64,000 nt of DNA from Lingula anatina (GCA_051362555.1 CM120645.1:23526934-23590933); one strand, 5' to 3'; positions 11,648 through 23,440 are shown, numbered from the stretch's first letter. Translations and numbers: made by a program. The notes: a model not told the origin generated them from the sequence alone.

Positions 11648-11878
11648 ATAGACAGTCTACTTTCCATTCATTTTGACAGGCAGCCTCGCCCTAGGTCAGG
11701 CTAACCAAAACCATTATAACTAAATGGAAGGCGGACTTTCTGATACACGAACCCTCAGTTTCGTAACACCGGTCTTGGCTTCAGTGTATATAAAACAGTA
11801 AAGTTTTTTTTTTCAAAAGGAACTGAAAGTTGTGGTGTACTTCGTTTACTCTTGCCAGAGTCAATTTGGTAAGAAAGA

Positions 11879-11909
<31 letters not shown>

Positions 11910-11945
11910 CACACACACACTCCCTAATGAGCGGATTGTCTTGTT

Positions 11946-13889
11946 AAACAAGGCAGCAAAGCTGTCAAATGTACAGACAAAAAACAGGAAATAACTATGC
12001 ACAAAATAGGCTACTGTCAATTCTGATGCAAAAGTACATTCCTTAAAATGTATTTACAGTGTTGCATATATGCTGAAAAGTGAAAAAACAACATAACTTC
12101 TACAATGGCCTGATCATGCTGACTAGCGAACTTGACCTGCGTTTTATGAATATTCATCAGCTCTGTAAATATTAAGTCAAAAAGTAAAACTGCCCTCCAC
12201 TTATTGTGTTTACAATGAAAGTGCACGGCGCCGGCGACAGCGACAGTGACGGCGACGACAGACACAGGTGATGGCAATATGTACAGATAAATCTGTACAT
12301 ATTTACTATACTGTTTGAGAACGGTAAGTGACATGGTTTCTCTTAAATGGTCATCATGGGAACAGTGCCCAAAAAATGTTTTCTTCTATTTTGCAATAAT
12401 ACATAATGTTTAACAGCATAATGACCATCAATTTTTAATAATAAAATATTAGTATCATGGATATTCAGAAAATGTGACTAGCAAAGGTCTTCAGGCCCAT
12501 GGAACTTCAAAGTCACAACTTGAAAATGCCAAAATGTAAACAAGACAGCACTGTTCTAAAATGTTTTTTTTTTCATTTTTAACAATTTTTTTAACATAAA
12601 ACAAAATAAACAGGTTACTGCCATTTTTATACAATCAACTAAGAAAATTGATGAGATGGGAAAAATATCAATAGAATAGTGTTTAATGTCCAATTTCCTC
12701 CATTCTAAGATTCTGAACATAGTGAATGATTGAATCTGACAAACTGCAATGATATGAGTTTATTTCCATTTTTGAAACTTTATTACACAATACACGCTAA
12801 CAAGTTTACCATCATTTTTACATAATCAACTAACAATATTGTAAAGATGCAGGAAATGTCAAACAAACACTTTTACGTATCTTATTAGTTCAGTAATGAG
12901 ACTGTTAACATGCCTAAGAATTGAATCTGAGGAAATGTGAAACAAGACAACACTGTTCTGACATGGGTTTATTTCCATTTTTAACACTTTTTTTCACATA
13001 AAACAAATCAACAGTTTACTGCAATTTTTACATGATCAACTAAGAAAATTGATGAGATGGGAAAAATATCAATAGAATAGTGTTTAATGTCCAATTACCT
13101 CCATTCTGAGATTCTGAACATAGTGAATGATTGAATCTGACAAACTGCAATGATATGAGTTTATTTCCATTTTTGACACTTTATTACACAATACACGCTA
13201 ACAAGTTTACCATCATTTTTACATAATCAACTAACAATATTGTAAAGATGCAGGAAATGTCAAACAAACACTTTTACGTATCTTATTAGTTCAGTAATGA
13301 GACTGTTAACATTGCCTAAGAGTTGGATCTGAGGAAACGTGAAAAAACAGCTTAACTTCTAAAATAATGCCCCGATTATGCTGATTTTCGAACTCAACCT
13401 GCGTTTTAGTAAGATTGACCACTCCTGTGAGTTTAATGACAATTGGCCCATCTGTTTTTCTTATATTGTGTTTACGATGTTGCATATATGCTGAAAAATG
13501 AAAAAACAGCATAACTACTAAAATAGTGGCCCGATCATGCCGATTTTCGAACTTGACCTGCGTTTTAGTAAGATTGATTTTTCCTGTGAGTTTCATGACA
13601 ACAGGCCTAACGGTTTGCCTAAAAATGTGTTTACAGGGTTGCATATATGCTGAAAAGTGAAAAAACAGCATAACTTATACAAAAATGGCCCGAAAATGCT
13701 GATTTTCGAACTTGACCTGCGTTTTATGAATATTCATCAGCTCTGTAAATATAAAGCCAAAAAGTAAAACTGCCCTCCACTTATCGTGTTTACAAGGAAA
13801 GTGCACGGCGCCGGCGACGGCGACGGCGACGGCGACGACAGACGCAGGTGATGGCAATATGTACAGACACATCTGTGTCTGTACATAAA
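11946..13889 (-). mobile_element. Helentron-associated non-autonomous element (HINE/DINE-1-like) carrying tandem repeats
   Basis: On the minus strand it starts TTTTTATGTACAGACAC with a palindrome at 13859-13886 and a (GTCGCC)n microsatellite, then internal ~150-bp and ~200/402-bp repeats, subTIR ATGTACAGACA (11969-11979), a 3' hairpin GGCAGC-AAA-GCTGTC (11952-11966) and a CTTGTT end in a T-rich target. It interrupts sequence that is contiguous at 8401-8430. Confidence 0.8.
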
Positions 13890-14051
13890 AAGTAGTCCAA
13901 GAACACTTTCAATGAAATTTTATTCTTCTCATATATTTTCCTTTGCCCAACCCTTACAATTAATTTCATGGAAGCAAAATAATTCTAAAACCAGCAAAAA
14001 ACGACATATTTGAATAGCCAAGAAAGAACATTTCAATGAATGAAAGCTAAT

Positions 14052-14867
14052 CTATGGCAGACGATACTCGGTACGGTTACAGGAGAAGGTGATCACCATT
14101 CTTCCATCATTCAGATATTCGTTTCAATGCACGTATCGAGGAGAGATCCCACGCGCCACGCCGTCACCGAACTCTGGCCTGGTCAGACTGATGACATACT
14201 GATTGTAGACGACGTACGTGCCTTGTGTGACGTCAAAATTGGTCAGATCAGTGTGTTGGCCCAAGGGGGTGGGAATTGAAAGAACAGGAACACGGTTTTC
14301 TCCACGTAGCTTAATTTCGCTATCGAACCCCTTGTGCCCAGGTTTTATATTGTAATAATTTAACCAAATCACACTACTTGCCGGGACGACCATTCCCTGA
14401 TTTCGACCCTCTGTTACAGTAAACTCATTTTTGATCATAATCAGCCATGTAATTAAGCAAATCTGTGAATCTTAAAAACGGACTTCATTGTCACGTGACT
14501 CCGAATAAAGTCTAAAATTGGCAGATCGCGGAAGAGTCACGATTTTGAAAGTAAAGTTAACTGCCATGGTCTCGAAAAACACAGGAGTTGGATCAACCCC
14601 TGACAAGGTACCGTCGGCAACGTCCACGTCGATTCCATACCATTCCTTCAACAACTGTAGGAACTTCCTCCCTTCAGCCGCGATGCTGGCGTTTGTGTTT
14701 CAACCAAAATATCTGTGAATTTTGTACCACTTCTCGCTGGCAAATTCTTGGCTTCCACTGCGAATCATACTGCCGTGGCTTATCATGGTGTAGACAGTGC
14801 ACATTCTTTCTCCCTCCACCACCATTGGTAGTGCGAAGAAACTCAGGAGGGTAAAGAGATGTAATAC
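14052..14867 (-). pseudogene. Copy E: full-length exon 2 with three in-frame nonsense codons; ATG exon and promoter deleted
   Basis: 816-nt exon collinear with copies C and D. Stops are TGA 14700-14702, TAA 14472-14474 and TGA 14124-14126. Upstream sequence jumps from intron 1 (~15025) to the far-upstream block (~15080), with no ATG|GT exon. Confidence 0.88.
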
Positions 14868-15489
14868 CTTTAAAAGAAAAGAACGGGGTCTTAAAAACAG
14901 ATAAACAAGATAAACACAGTGCCAAGACATCTAATCACAAAGCAAAGGTTTACCTTTAAAATACTGGAGCAAATCGCGCCCAATATTCAACGGTTTTGGA
15001 AAAGTTGTGACACAAAGTGCGTAATTCAGTTAAAATCGTGCCGCAATTTGCACTTTTTCTCTCTGACAGACAAACAGAAAAATAGTCAAACGACATCAAA
15101 ACAACAATTAATTTTGAATTTTACTTTCAAAGACAGGCCACCATCTCTCCCCTGTATATACAAATCAATAAGACACCGAAGGTGAAATCTACCGTCAATT
15201 TTAAGCTTATAATAAGCGGCGTTCTAACCTGGGATGAACATATTTATACACCAAAGTCATACTGAATTTAGTCAACGGATACACTATAATACTTTCAAAC
15301 AAGGCAGCAGAGCTGTAAACCAACCACTGAGTACATCTTTGATAAGATGGCACTCCAAACTACTAATACCGTGAGATGATATTAACAAACATGCTGTTTT
15401 ATAACTGATATTTTTGTATTTTTTCAGCAGTATCTCATCACAAGAAAAGTGTTGTCGGACTTTTTGCATCGTGCATAGACCCACTGCGT

Positions 15490-15616
15490 GAATTGGCTTT
15501 TATTAAGACGTCCTGAATGAATTGGTCATTGCTTTAGTGAAGACACCCTGGGTGCATTGCACATTGCTTTAGTGAAGAGATCGTGAATGAATTGCACATT
15601 GCTTTAGTGAAGACAT
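15490..15616. repeat. ~36-bp minisatellite (3-4 units, CATTGCTTTAGTGAAGA core)
   Basis: Direct tandem copies are visible in the sequence. Confidence 0.8.
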
Positions 15617-16786
15617 TCTCTGTTAAACGCATTTGCATTCATTAATTTATGTATATTCTAAATGCATGCTGAGTTATTGGTGGCGAAAAAACAAAAGTAA
15701 CTTCGGTTGTGACATTTGCCTTATTTCATCCGACAGAAAGTAAGGAAGACTGAGCACCTGAATAAACTGCCGAACACGTCGAAGCAATACTCGAATTTTC
15801 TGGGAGATCTTTGGTTTGCTACGGTTAGGTTTCGCATTGAGAGAAAATGAGAGAAAAAAAGAGGTTGGGGAGAGGGAGGGAGAAAGGGGGAGAGAGAGAG
15901 GGCGGGGTAAGCGGAAGAGAGAGAGTGAGCTGCACATGAACATGGATCTATCAAATAAAAAGTAGTTAGACGCAGAGGATAAACATTATCTATTTTCTGA
16001 TCATCGTCTAGTAGGGTTTTGTTAGCCATTGGGTATTTTCTCCTGGGTGCCCAGTAAAATTACAAAATGGTGCTTAAAATTAAGCCTCCGTTTATTTTGT
16101 CACTCTATATACGGTGCACATTTTGACTTCGACAGAAATTATTTATATCCACTCTCACCGTGTTAGTCAAGTCAAAATCACCTGAAGCCGGTGAGGCACC
16201 CGCACAAAAGCTTTTATTGCATTTATGGATGCTGGCATTATCTGTCAACTGGCACGGTTTCAGTTAAGGTATATCTCTCATCTGTTGCAGTTCTGCAACA
16301 AGTCCCTTTTACAGACGTGGTTAATTTTTTTTTTTAAATTTTATGCCTAATATCCAGTTGAATTTAGACAGGAAAAACAATTCAAAAGGCCGAAAACGTC
16401 TTTTTAAATATTATAAACTACAATCTGAAACAGTTACGTTCCTTATATAACAATGATTAAATTGGTTTTTTAGTTCCGTTTTCAATATAGAATTTCCTGT
16501 AATAGATTTAATGCCTTTATCTATTGATATACTCATCTCATATTCAATTTCCATTGAATTTACTCTCTCTTTCTCCCTGATAGAATTTATAATTTTAGTG
16601 AAGGTCTTTTTGATATCAGCGCAGTCAAAATGTTCTTTCAACAGATTTTTATTCTTCCCATGTTTCCTTTACCCAACCCTTACAATGAATTCCATTACAT
16701 CATATTTAAACCTTAAAACCAAGCTAAAATAATAATATATTTGTGTAACCTCATCGGAAAAACGTTTCAGTGTATGAAAAGCTCAT

Positions 16787-17809
16787 CTATGGCAGCTGAT
16801 CGTCCATGTTGCCACAGTGGAAGGTGAACACCATTCGACCGTCGACCACATATTCGGTTCCATTTTTGTACCGAGGGGAGATCCCGCGCATTCTTCCTAC
16901 ACCAAACTCGGGTCTGGTGAGACTGGTCACGTGCGGATTGGAGACAGAGTAGCTTCCTTCTTCATACCCGGCGTCTTGGCCCAAGGGCATGGGAACTACA
17001 AGAATTGGAACGCGATCTTCAGCTTGCAGCTTAATTACGTTATCGAAGCCCTTTCCCCCGGGTCTTGTGTAATAGACTCGAGACCTGACGGCGCTTCTTG
17101 CCGGAATGACCATTCCCTGATTTCGGCCCGTGGTTACAGTAAACTCATCTCTGAAGAAAATCATCCATCCAACACTGCAAATCTTGGAACGGTAAAAACG
17201 AACTTCATTGCCACGCGACTCCGAATAAAGTCTATAATTAGCGTATTTTGGTAGGGCCGAGAGTCTAAAAATTAGGCGAACTCCCGATGCCTCGACATAC
17301 AGAGTGGTTGGATCAATCCCTGACAGTGTATCGTTGCCGACGTCCAAACTGATGCCGTACCACTCGCTAAAAAACTGTAGGAACTTCCTCCCTTCAGCTG
17401 CGATGCTGGCGTTCGTGTGTCGACCAAAATATCGGTGTACTTTGTACCATTCTTCGGTGGAGAATCCTTGGCTCGGAATGCCATCGTTGCTGCCATGGCT
17501 AGCCATAGTGTAGACGATGCACAAGTTTCCTCCCGCCACCACCATTGGCAATGCCAAGAAACACAGGAGGGAAAACAGATGCGATACTAAAGAAAATAAA
17601 TAAATAAATTAATTAATTAATTAAATAAATAAAAAAAGAAAAAAAAAAAAAGAAAAAGAAACGGATTCACCTTAATGCAGTAACCACGAGATATATGTAG
17701 GCTATGTTTCTGAAAATTTACGTAAAGATTTAAATTTAGTTCCAAGACACCCAAAACATTTTTTGTATAGAGTTAGTATTTTCAGCAAATTAGCAGCTAA
17801 ATAAATAGT

Positions 17810-17853
<44 letters not shown>

Positions 17854-18487
17854 ATGAAGAATACCAATGGCTTATTGAAGCTCTAATTCCATTTAGGTTG
17901 GTTTCTTTCGGAAAGGGAGACGATCATCAAACAGAAGACCAACGAATGTTATCGGTTCCGATAAAGACTGTATCACGTCCATGCTGTTTAACGTAAACAA
18001 ATTTGATTCGTCTCTCAAGATATCTATCGACTATCTTTTGTAATTTTAATTTTACAACGCAAATATCAATATGCAACAGTTTTGGCTCCAACGTCGTGGT
18101 ACGGATTGTTTCATTTACCCTTTAAAATTTTTCAAGGGATAATTTTAAAAGTCTTTGAAAAACATTAGCCGAACAAGGCTTGTACCCGGTTCAGTAAAAA
18201 AATAAAAAATAAAATTAAATAAAAAGATTGTGAGACTGAAGAGCTCAAAAATAAAACTGAATGTTTTGCTGGGTTTAGTTTCCGATGAACTCTTATTAAT
18301 CATCCAAGGGCAATGCGAACAGTACAATATCAACAGCCTGCTAAACTGAATGTCAAAAACACAGCATGTACAACACACCAGTGGACGAATTTATCACCGG
18401 TGTCCACCGCTGTCATAAGGTTGAAATGCCTTATAATGGGCACAGTACTTGTGGGTATTTGATAAACTCTATCGCTGTACTCACCAT
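16787..18487 (-). CDS. Tandem-family copy F (divergent; open exon-2 frame, ATG exon 18485-18487, acceptor shifted by 1 nt)
   Basis: Uninterrupted frame 16787-17587 (VSHLFSLLCFLALPMVVAGGNLC...MVFTFHCGNMDDQLP), 5 aa shorter than copies C and D. The ATG|GTGAGT exon is intact, but the acceptor reads tttAG|TA instead of aAG|GTA, so canonical splicing frameshifts. Possibly a young pseudogene. Confidence 0.65.
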
Positions 18488-19058
18488 GTTTAATGTCATC
18501 GGAGACTACTGAGACGCTCAAATTGTCCCTGGCAATATCTTCTTGGTACACCTCTTCGGTTGACTAGTGAACGGCAACTGAACAGCGGCGTCGTGAAGTA
18601 TTCAAATTATGTACAGTCAAAAAGAGTTAATGGTACCGTTATCTTTTTGTGATCTTCACGTTATAATTCTTGAGAAGCCCGTATGAACAAAGGTTTAAGT
18701 ACCTTTATGGAAGAGCTTTAAGTAACTTTTAAAATAGAAATAAACCAGCAGTATTTTATCATGGACTGCATTCACTGACTGGTCCGAAAAAATCACTGAT
18801 CAACCACATAGGAAGAACAATGACAATTTGGACAACCAGTTACCTACTCAAACAGCATCAAGATAACAATGAAGTCTAAAATATGGCGTGGATTTGTTGG
18901 TGGGTGCCTTAAAGCAAGAAGTTGTACAAGTTCTTGCCCAAAGCTTAGGCACTTTATAACTTGTAATCTATGCGGCCATTTTATAACTTCCAGTCGTGCA
19001 TTGCTATAATGCTGGTAAGCAGAAACGCAGTGAATGACAACTTTTAAACAAATAAGTT

Positions 19059-21081
19059 TTTTTTTCACGAAAATTAATACAAGACACTTACAACACAATA
19101 AGAGACAGAAACACCTTCCACACACCATTCACACACTGCAAACAAAGTTCTTACAAATGTTGATTAAAAATACAGGTATATATATTTTTTATATAAAAGA
19201 ATCTGAGTAGGCCTAGGCTACCACAAATGTTCTTTTCTATTCATATCAATATTTTTTCTATACTGTCCCATTTTTTTCTTAGATAATCTGCCTTTTGAGG
19301 ACCCAGTAGGTATGAAGAGTGAAAATCTATTTTCCTTTGCTTTTCCAAAAACTTTTTGCAGGCATTCCAAAGAGGTGTAATTTTATTCTGTCTACATAGA
19401 GTGAAATATTTCTTTATATAGAGAAGTAGTAGATTAATACCTAAGAGGGGGCTGTCGTCCAGGATTCCAAATATAAACAGGCATGGTTGTTGTTGTAATT
19501 CAACAGAGTACTGTGTACGTAGGTTCTGAATGAGAAAAGTCCAAATAGCTTGAACATATGTGCAGTCCCGGAAAATATGCAATAAAGTTTCTTTTGGGTC
19601 ATTACAGAAAGTGCATCGCTCATGTTCTAACATATTATATTTAAAAAGCATCGAATTCGTAAAATAAATTCTATGTAAAATTCTAAATTGCAATGTGAGA
19701 AGTTTATGATCGTTTGTTTCTCGAAAGGGCAATACATGAACTAGCTTCCACTTTTCACTTGAAAAATCAATGTTCAGCTTTTCCCTCCACTTATCATGGA
19801 TGTTAAAAGGTATTGCTTCCTTATCTGAAATAAATTTCGGGTAAAAAAGTTTCGTTAATTTGTTTTTCGATTTTAATAATACGAGATTTTTATTTGTTAT
19901 TGCTGCAAGGTTCTTTTGATACCCTCTTATAACAGTTTTCCAGGCAGAAGGTAAAGCGCTGATGACGCCTTGATAGTCAAGGAAATTACAATCTATATTA
20001 TATTCATCACAAAAAACGTCTAGACTTTTTACTGAACCAGTATTATCAATCAGGTCATTAACGTAAAGCACTCCTTTTCAAAACCAAGGTTTATAGAAGA
20101 TTATCTTTTTATTGATCTTAATATGATCATTTCCCCATAAAGGTTGTGCTAGGATATCATCCGGAGAAGTAGTAGAAAATTCTTGCACAGAAGCCCATAT
20201 TCCCAAAATCTCTTTCCAGAAAGTGTTTAGTATATTAATATTGCGTATAGACTGTAGGCTCTTCAATGGAAGTAGCAATACGTCAACTCCCCCGATTTCC
20301 GCAATCTCATCCATCAAAAGAATTTTCCACGAAGAACAATTATGTGGATTTACCAATTTCTTTAGCCATATCAATTTAAGAGCTTTACAGAAGGATTTCA
20401 CCTCGGGGACCTTTAATCCACCGGTTTCATAAGAATTAATCATAACATTTCTCTTAACTTTATCTATTTTACTGTTCCAGATAAAGCGATAAAAGACTCG
20501 CTCCAATTCTTTAAAGAAATGATCAGCAGGCATAGGGAGGACAGTTAATATTTGGATGATGGTAGGGAGTGCCAAGGATTTTAAAATAGTTACTTTACCT
20601 AGGAGTGAAATATGACGGAACGACCAATCATTTAACAACGATTTGATGGAATGTAATTTTTCTCTAAAATTTTCTTCATAAATGTCCTCCTTTGCTAGGT
20701 TATACCAAATACCCAGCAGTTTAAATTTCCCACTATGATTCCAAAATATACTTTTAGAGGTTTGATACTCCTCACCACAGCAGCGCTTTGCTCCAATCCA
20801 AACAGCCTGGCTTTTTTCAAAATTTATTTTCAATCCTGAACATTGAGAGAACAATTCTAGCATATCCAGAGCTGCATTCAATGACTCTCTTTCATCTGCT
20901 AGATGGAGCGTAGAGTCATCTGCGTATTGTGTAATGACGTATTCTGAGTTATTCAGTAAGACCCCTTTTATGTTTGGATCAAATTTGACCGCCGCGCTGA
21001 GCAATTCTATGCAGATAGTAAATATGTAAGGGGACAGAGGATCACCCTGTCTAACCCCCCGAGTGACATTAAAGAATTCTG
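19059..21081 (-). mobile_element. 5'-truncated L1/Tx1-clade LINE (RT C-terminal half plus CCHC zinc finger)
   Basis: Motifs GVRQGDPLSPYIF, ITQYADDSTL and CTFCNDPKETLLHIFRDC. A single in-frame TGA at 20078-20080 splits ORFs 20078-21004 and 19241-20071. Poly(A) at ~19057-19065 and a 15-bp TSD TTAAACAAATAAGTT (19044-19058 / 21082-21096). Empty site at ~1745-1760. Confidence 0.93.
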
Positions 21082-21851
21082 TTAAACAAATAAGTTGTTA
21101 TGCGTTTACAATTTGAATCAGTAATGCGTAACCAAGCCCATACCCCCCCCCCCCCCCCGTAACGTGTTTATTTATCAGGAATCCTCCCCCACCCCCACCC
21201 CCTCAGAGGGGACATATTTGACGATCAGTCCAATAATGAAACGGCAACAAAATAACGAACTTCATATGTAACTTTCCAAAGACAGGCCATCATCTTCCTC
21301 CTGTATATACAAATGAATAAGCACCAGAAAAGGTGAAATCTACCGTCATTTTAACCTGATAATAAGCGACGACCTGGGAATGAACTGGGATGAACATGTA
21401 CATCTTTTTTACACTGAAACCAGTGAATGGATATAAACTATAATACCTTCATCTAATCAGTGAACCAGACACTGCGTATTTATTTTATAATGTGGATAAT
21501 AATAATAATAATAACACTATTAACAAAAACTCGGTTTTAATAACTGGTATTTTTCTAACTGTTCAGGAGTATCTCATCTCACCAAAAATCAGGATTTGTG
21601 CAACATGGTGCACGCAGGGGGTGGATTGGCCGTTTTTTTTAGTGAGGACGATCTCTGCAAAACGCATTATTTGTATTCATTATTTTATGTATCTTTTCAA
21701 TGCCTGATTAGTTATTAGTGATTAGTTATTAGTAAAATTGCCTATATTATTTGACAGGAAGTAAGGAGAACTGAACACCTGGCTAAACTGCCGTCCTTGT
21801 TGAAGAACCACTCGAATTTTCTGGGAGATCTTCCTTGGTTTGCCGGGCATC

Positions 21852-21898
<47 letters not shown>

Positions 21899-22811
21899 AA
21901 CACGAAAACATGAATCTTTGAAATCATATGTAGGCAGACGTACGCAGATGCTAAACTGGGGTTTGATATACACGTTTTCTAATTTTCTCTGATCATCAAG
22001 TATTTGAAACCCACAGTGCTTTTTCTCTTTTTGTAATAGATTTAATTCCTACAATTATCTTGGTTGCCTTGACGCCTTCAGCAACCTGACAGATTATATG
22101 AAAAGATTCGATTCAAATGTTCTCTTTGTTTTCTCTTTCAGAAACTCTGGCCTATCTAGCTAGCCCAGACCCAGTAACATTAGGAAATGGTGCTTAAAAT
22201 ATCACCTGAACCAGTGAGTCGCCCGCACAAAAGCTTTTACTTCATTAATGGATGCTGGCATTATCTATATACTGACGCTTATTCACCGGTGTCAGCTGAG
22301 ACGCGATATCTGTTAGATATATCAGCTTCTTCCTATATTCCCGTGCCTCAGATCCGTCCTTCCTTTTAACAGGGGTGACAGCTTTTTTTGAACGAAACAT
22401 AATATGCAATGACTTAGACCAGATTGTGTCTGAAACAGTTACGTTGCTTATATAAAAAACGATTGAATTGGATTCTTCACGCTGCATTCAAATACTTAAT
22501 TTTTTGTACCAGATTCAATTCCTACATTCATCGTCTTACTTGCTTGCTCCGTAGTTGATGGTTCTTTTGCCTAAGCATCGGTAATGAAGAATGAACAGAG
22601 GACAAGCTCTCTTTCTCTCTCTTCTCTCTCTCATTGACAAACAGAGCCAGTGTTTTCCTTCAACAGATTTTTGTCCTTGCCATATTTCCCTTGCCCACTC
22701 CTTACAATTATACCTATTTGTTTAAATTTAAACCTTAAAACCAAGCAAAAAAAGGCCTGTATGTGTTTATATTACCCCGAAAAAAAAGTTTTGAATTAAC
22801 GAAAAGCTGAT

Positions 22812-23440
22812 ATATGGCAAACGATAATCTAAACTGTCACATTAGAAGGCTATCGCCACCCGACCATCATTCAGTCTCGTTTGGACGCATGGATTGAGAA
22901 GAGATTCCGCGCCCTACGCCTTCACCCAACTCTGGTCTGGTCAGACTGATGACGTGGTGGTTGACGACATCATATGTCCTTGTGTGACGTCATACCAGGT
23001 CAGATTAGTATTTTGACCCAAGGGGATAGACAAAAGTCATTGAAGGGGGAGATAATAATTGGCTGGGTAACCTCAATTAACGTGCCCGCCAAAATTCCGG
23101 GGGGGGGGGGGGGCAAGTAACCCCATTGACCTCCCCCACCCCCTGCAGACACCCATGCTGACAAGGTATCGTCACCAACGACCACATCGATGCCGGACCA
23201 GTCTTGAAAAACAGTAGGATCTTCCTCCCTTCAGCCACGATGCTGGCGTTCGTGTTTCGACCAAAATATCGGTGTGTTTTGTACCACTGCTCGCTGGCAA
23301 ATTCTCGGTTTTCACCGCGAACCATACTGCCATATTTGGCTCATCATGTGTAGAGGGCGCACATAGCTTTTTCTCTCGGCTCCACTTTTACCGATGCGTA
23401 GTAAAACACGTAGAAAAAAAAAAAGAGATTGAATTCCTTA
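22812..23440 (-). pseudogene. Copy G: degenerate relic, central part replaced by a transposon fragment
   Basis: 3' part 22812-23030 and 5' part 23158-23440 (ASEQWYKTHRYFGRNTNASIVAEGRK) carry frameshifts and a lost stop. 23031-23157 is a half MITE (minus strand CATGGGTGTCTGCAGGGGG...). No ATG exon found upstream. Confidence 0.82.

Noticed and set aside
12017-13872. Repeated ORFs with KTQVKFENQH / MLFFHFSAY
   Set aside because: They are read-through of HINE internal tandem repeats.
15490-15616. Repeat-spacer-like pattern resembling CRISPR
   Set aside because: The spacers resemble each other, the context is eukaryotic and there are no cas genes; it is an ordinary minisatellite.
16411-16641. 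76-aa ORF MKEHFDCADIKK... downstream of copy F
   Set aside because: It has a non-ATG start, lies in 3' flank partly homologous to non-coding flanks of other copies, and has no splice or motif support.
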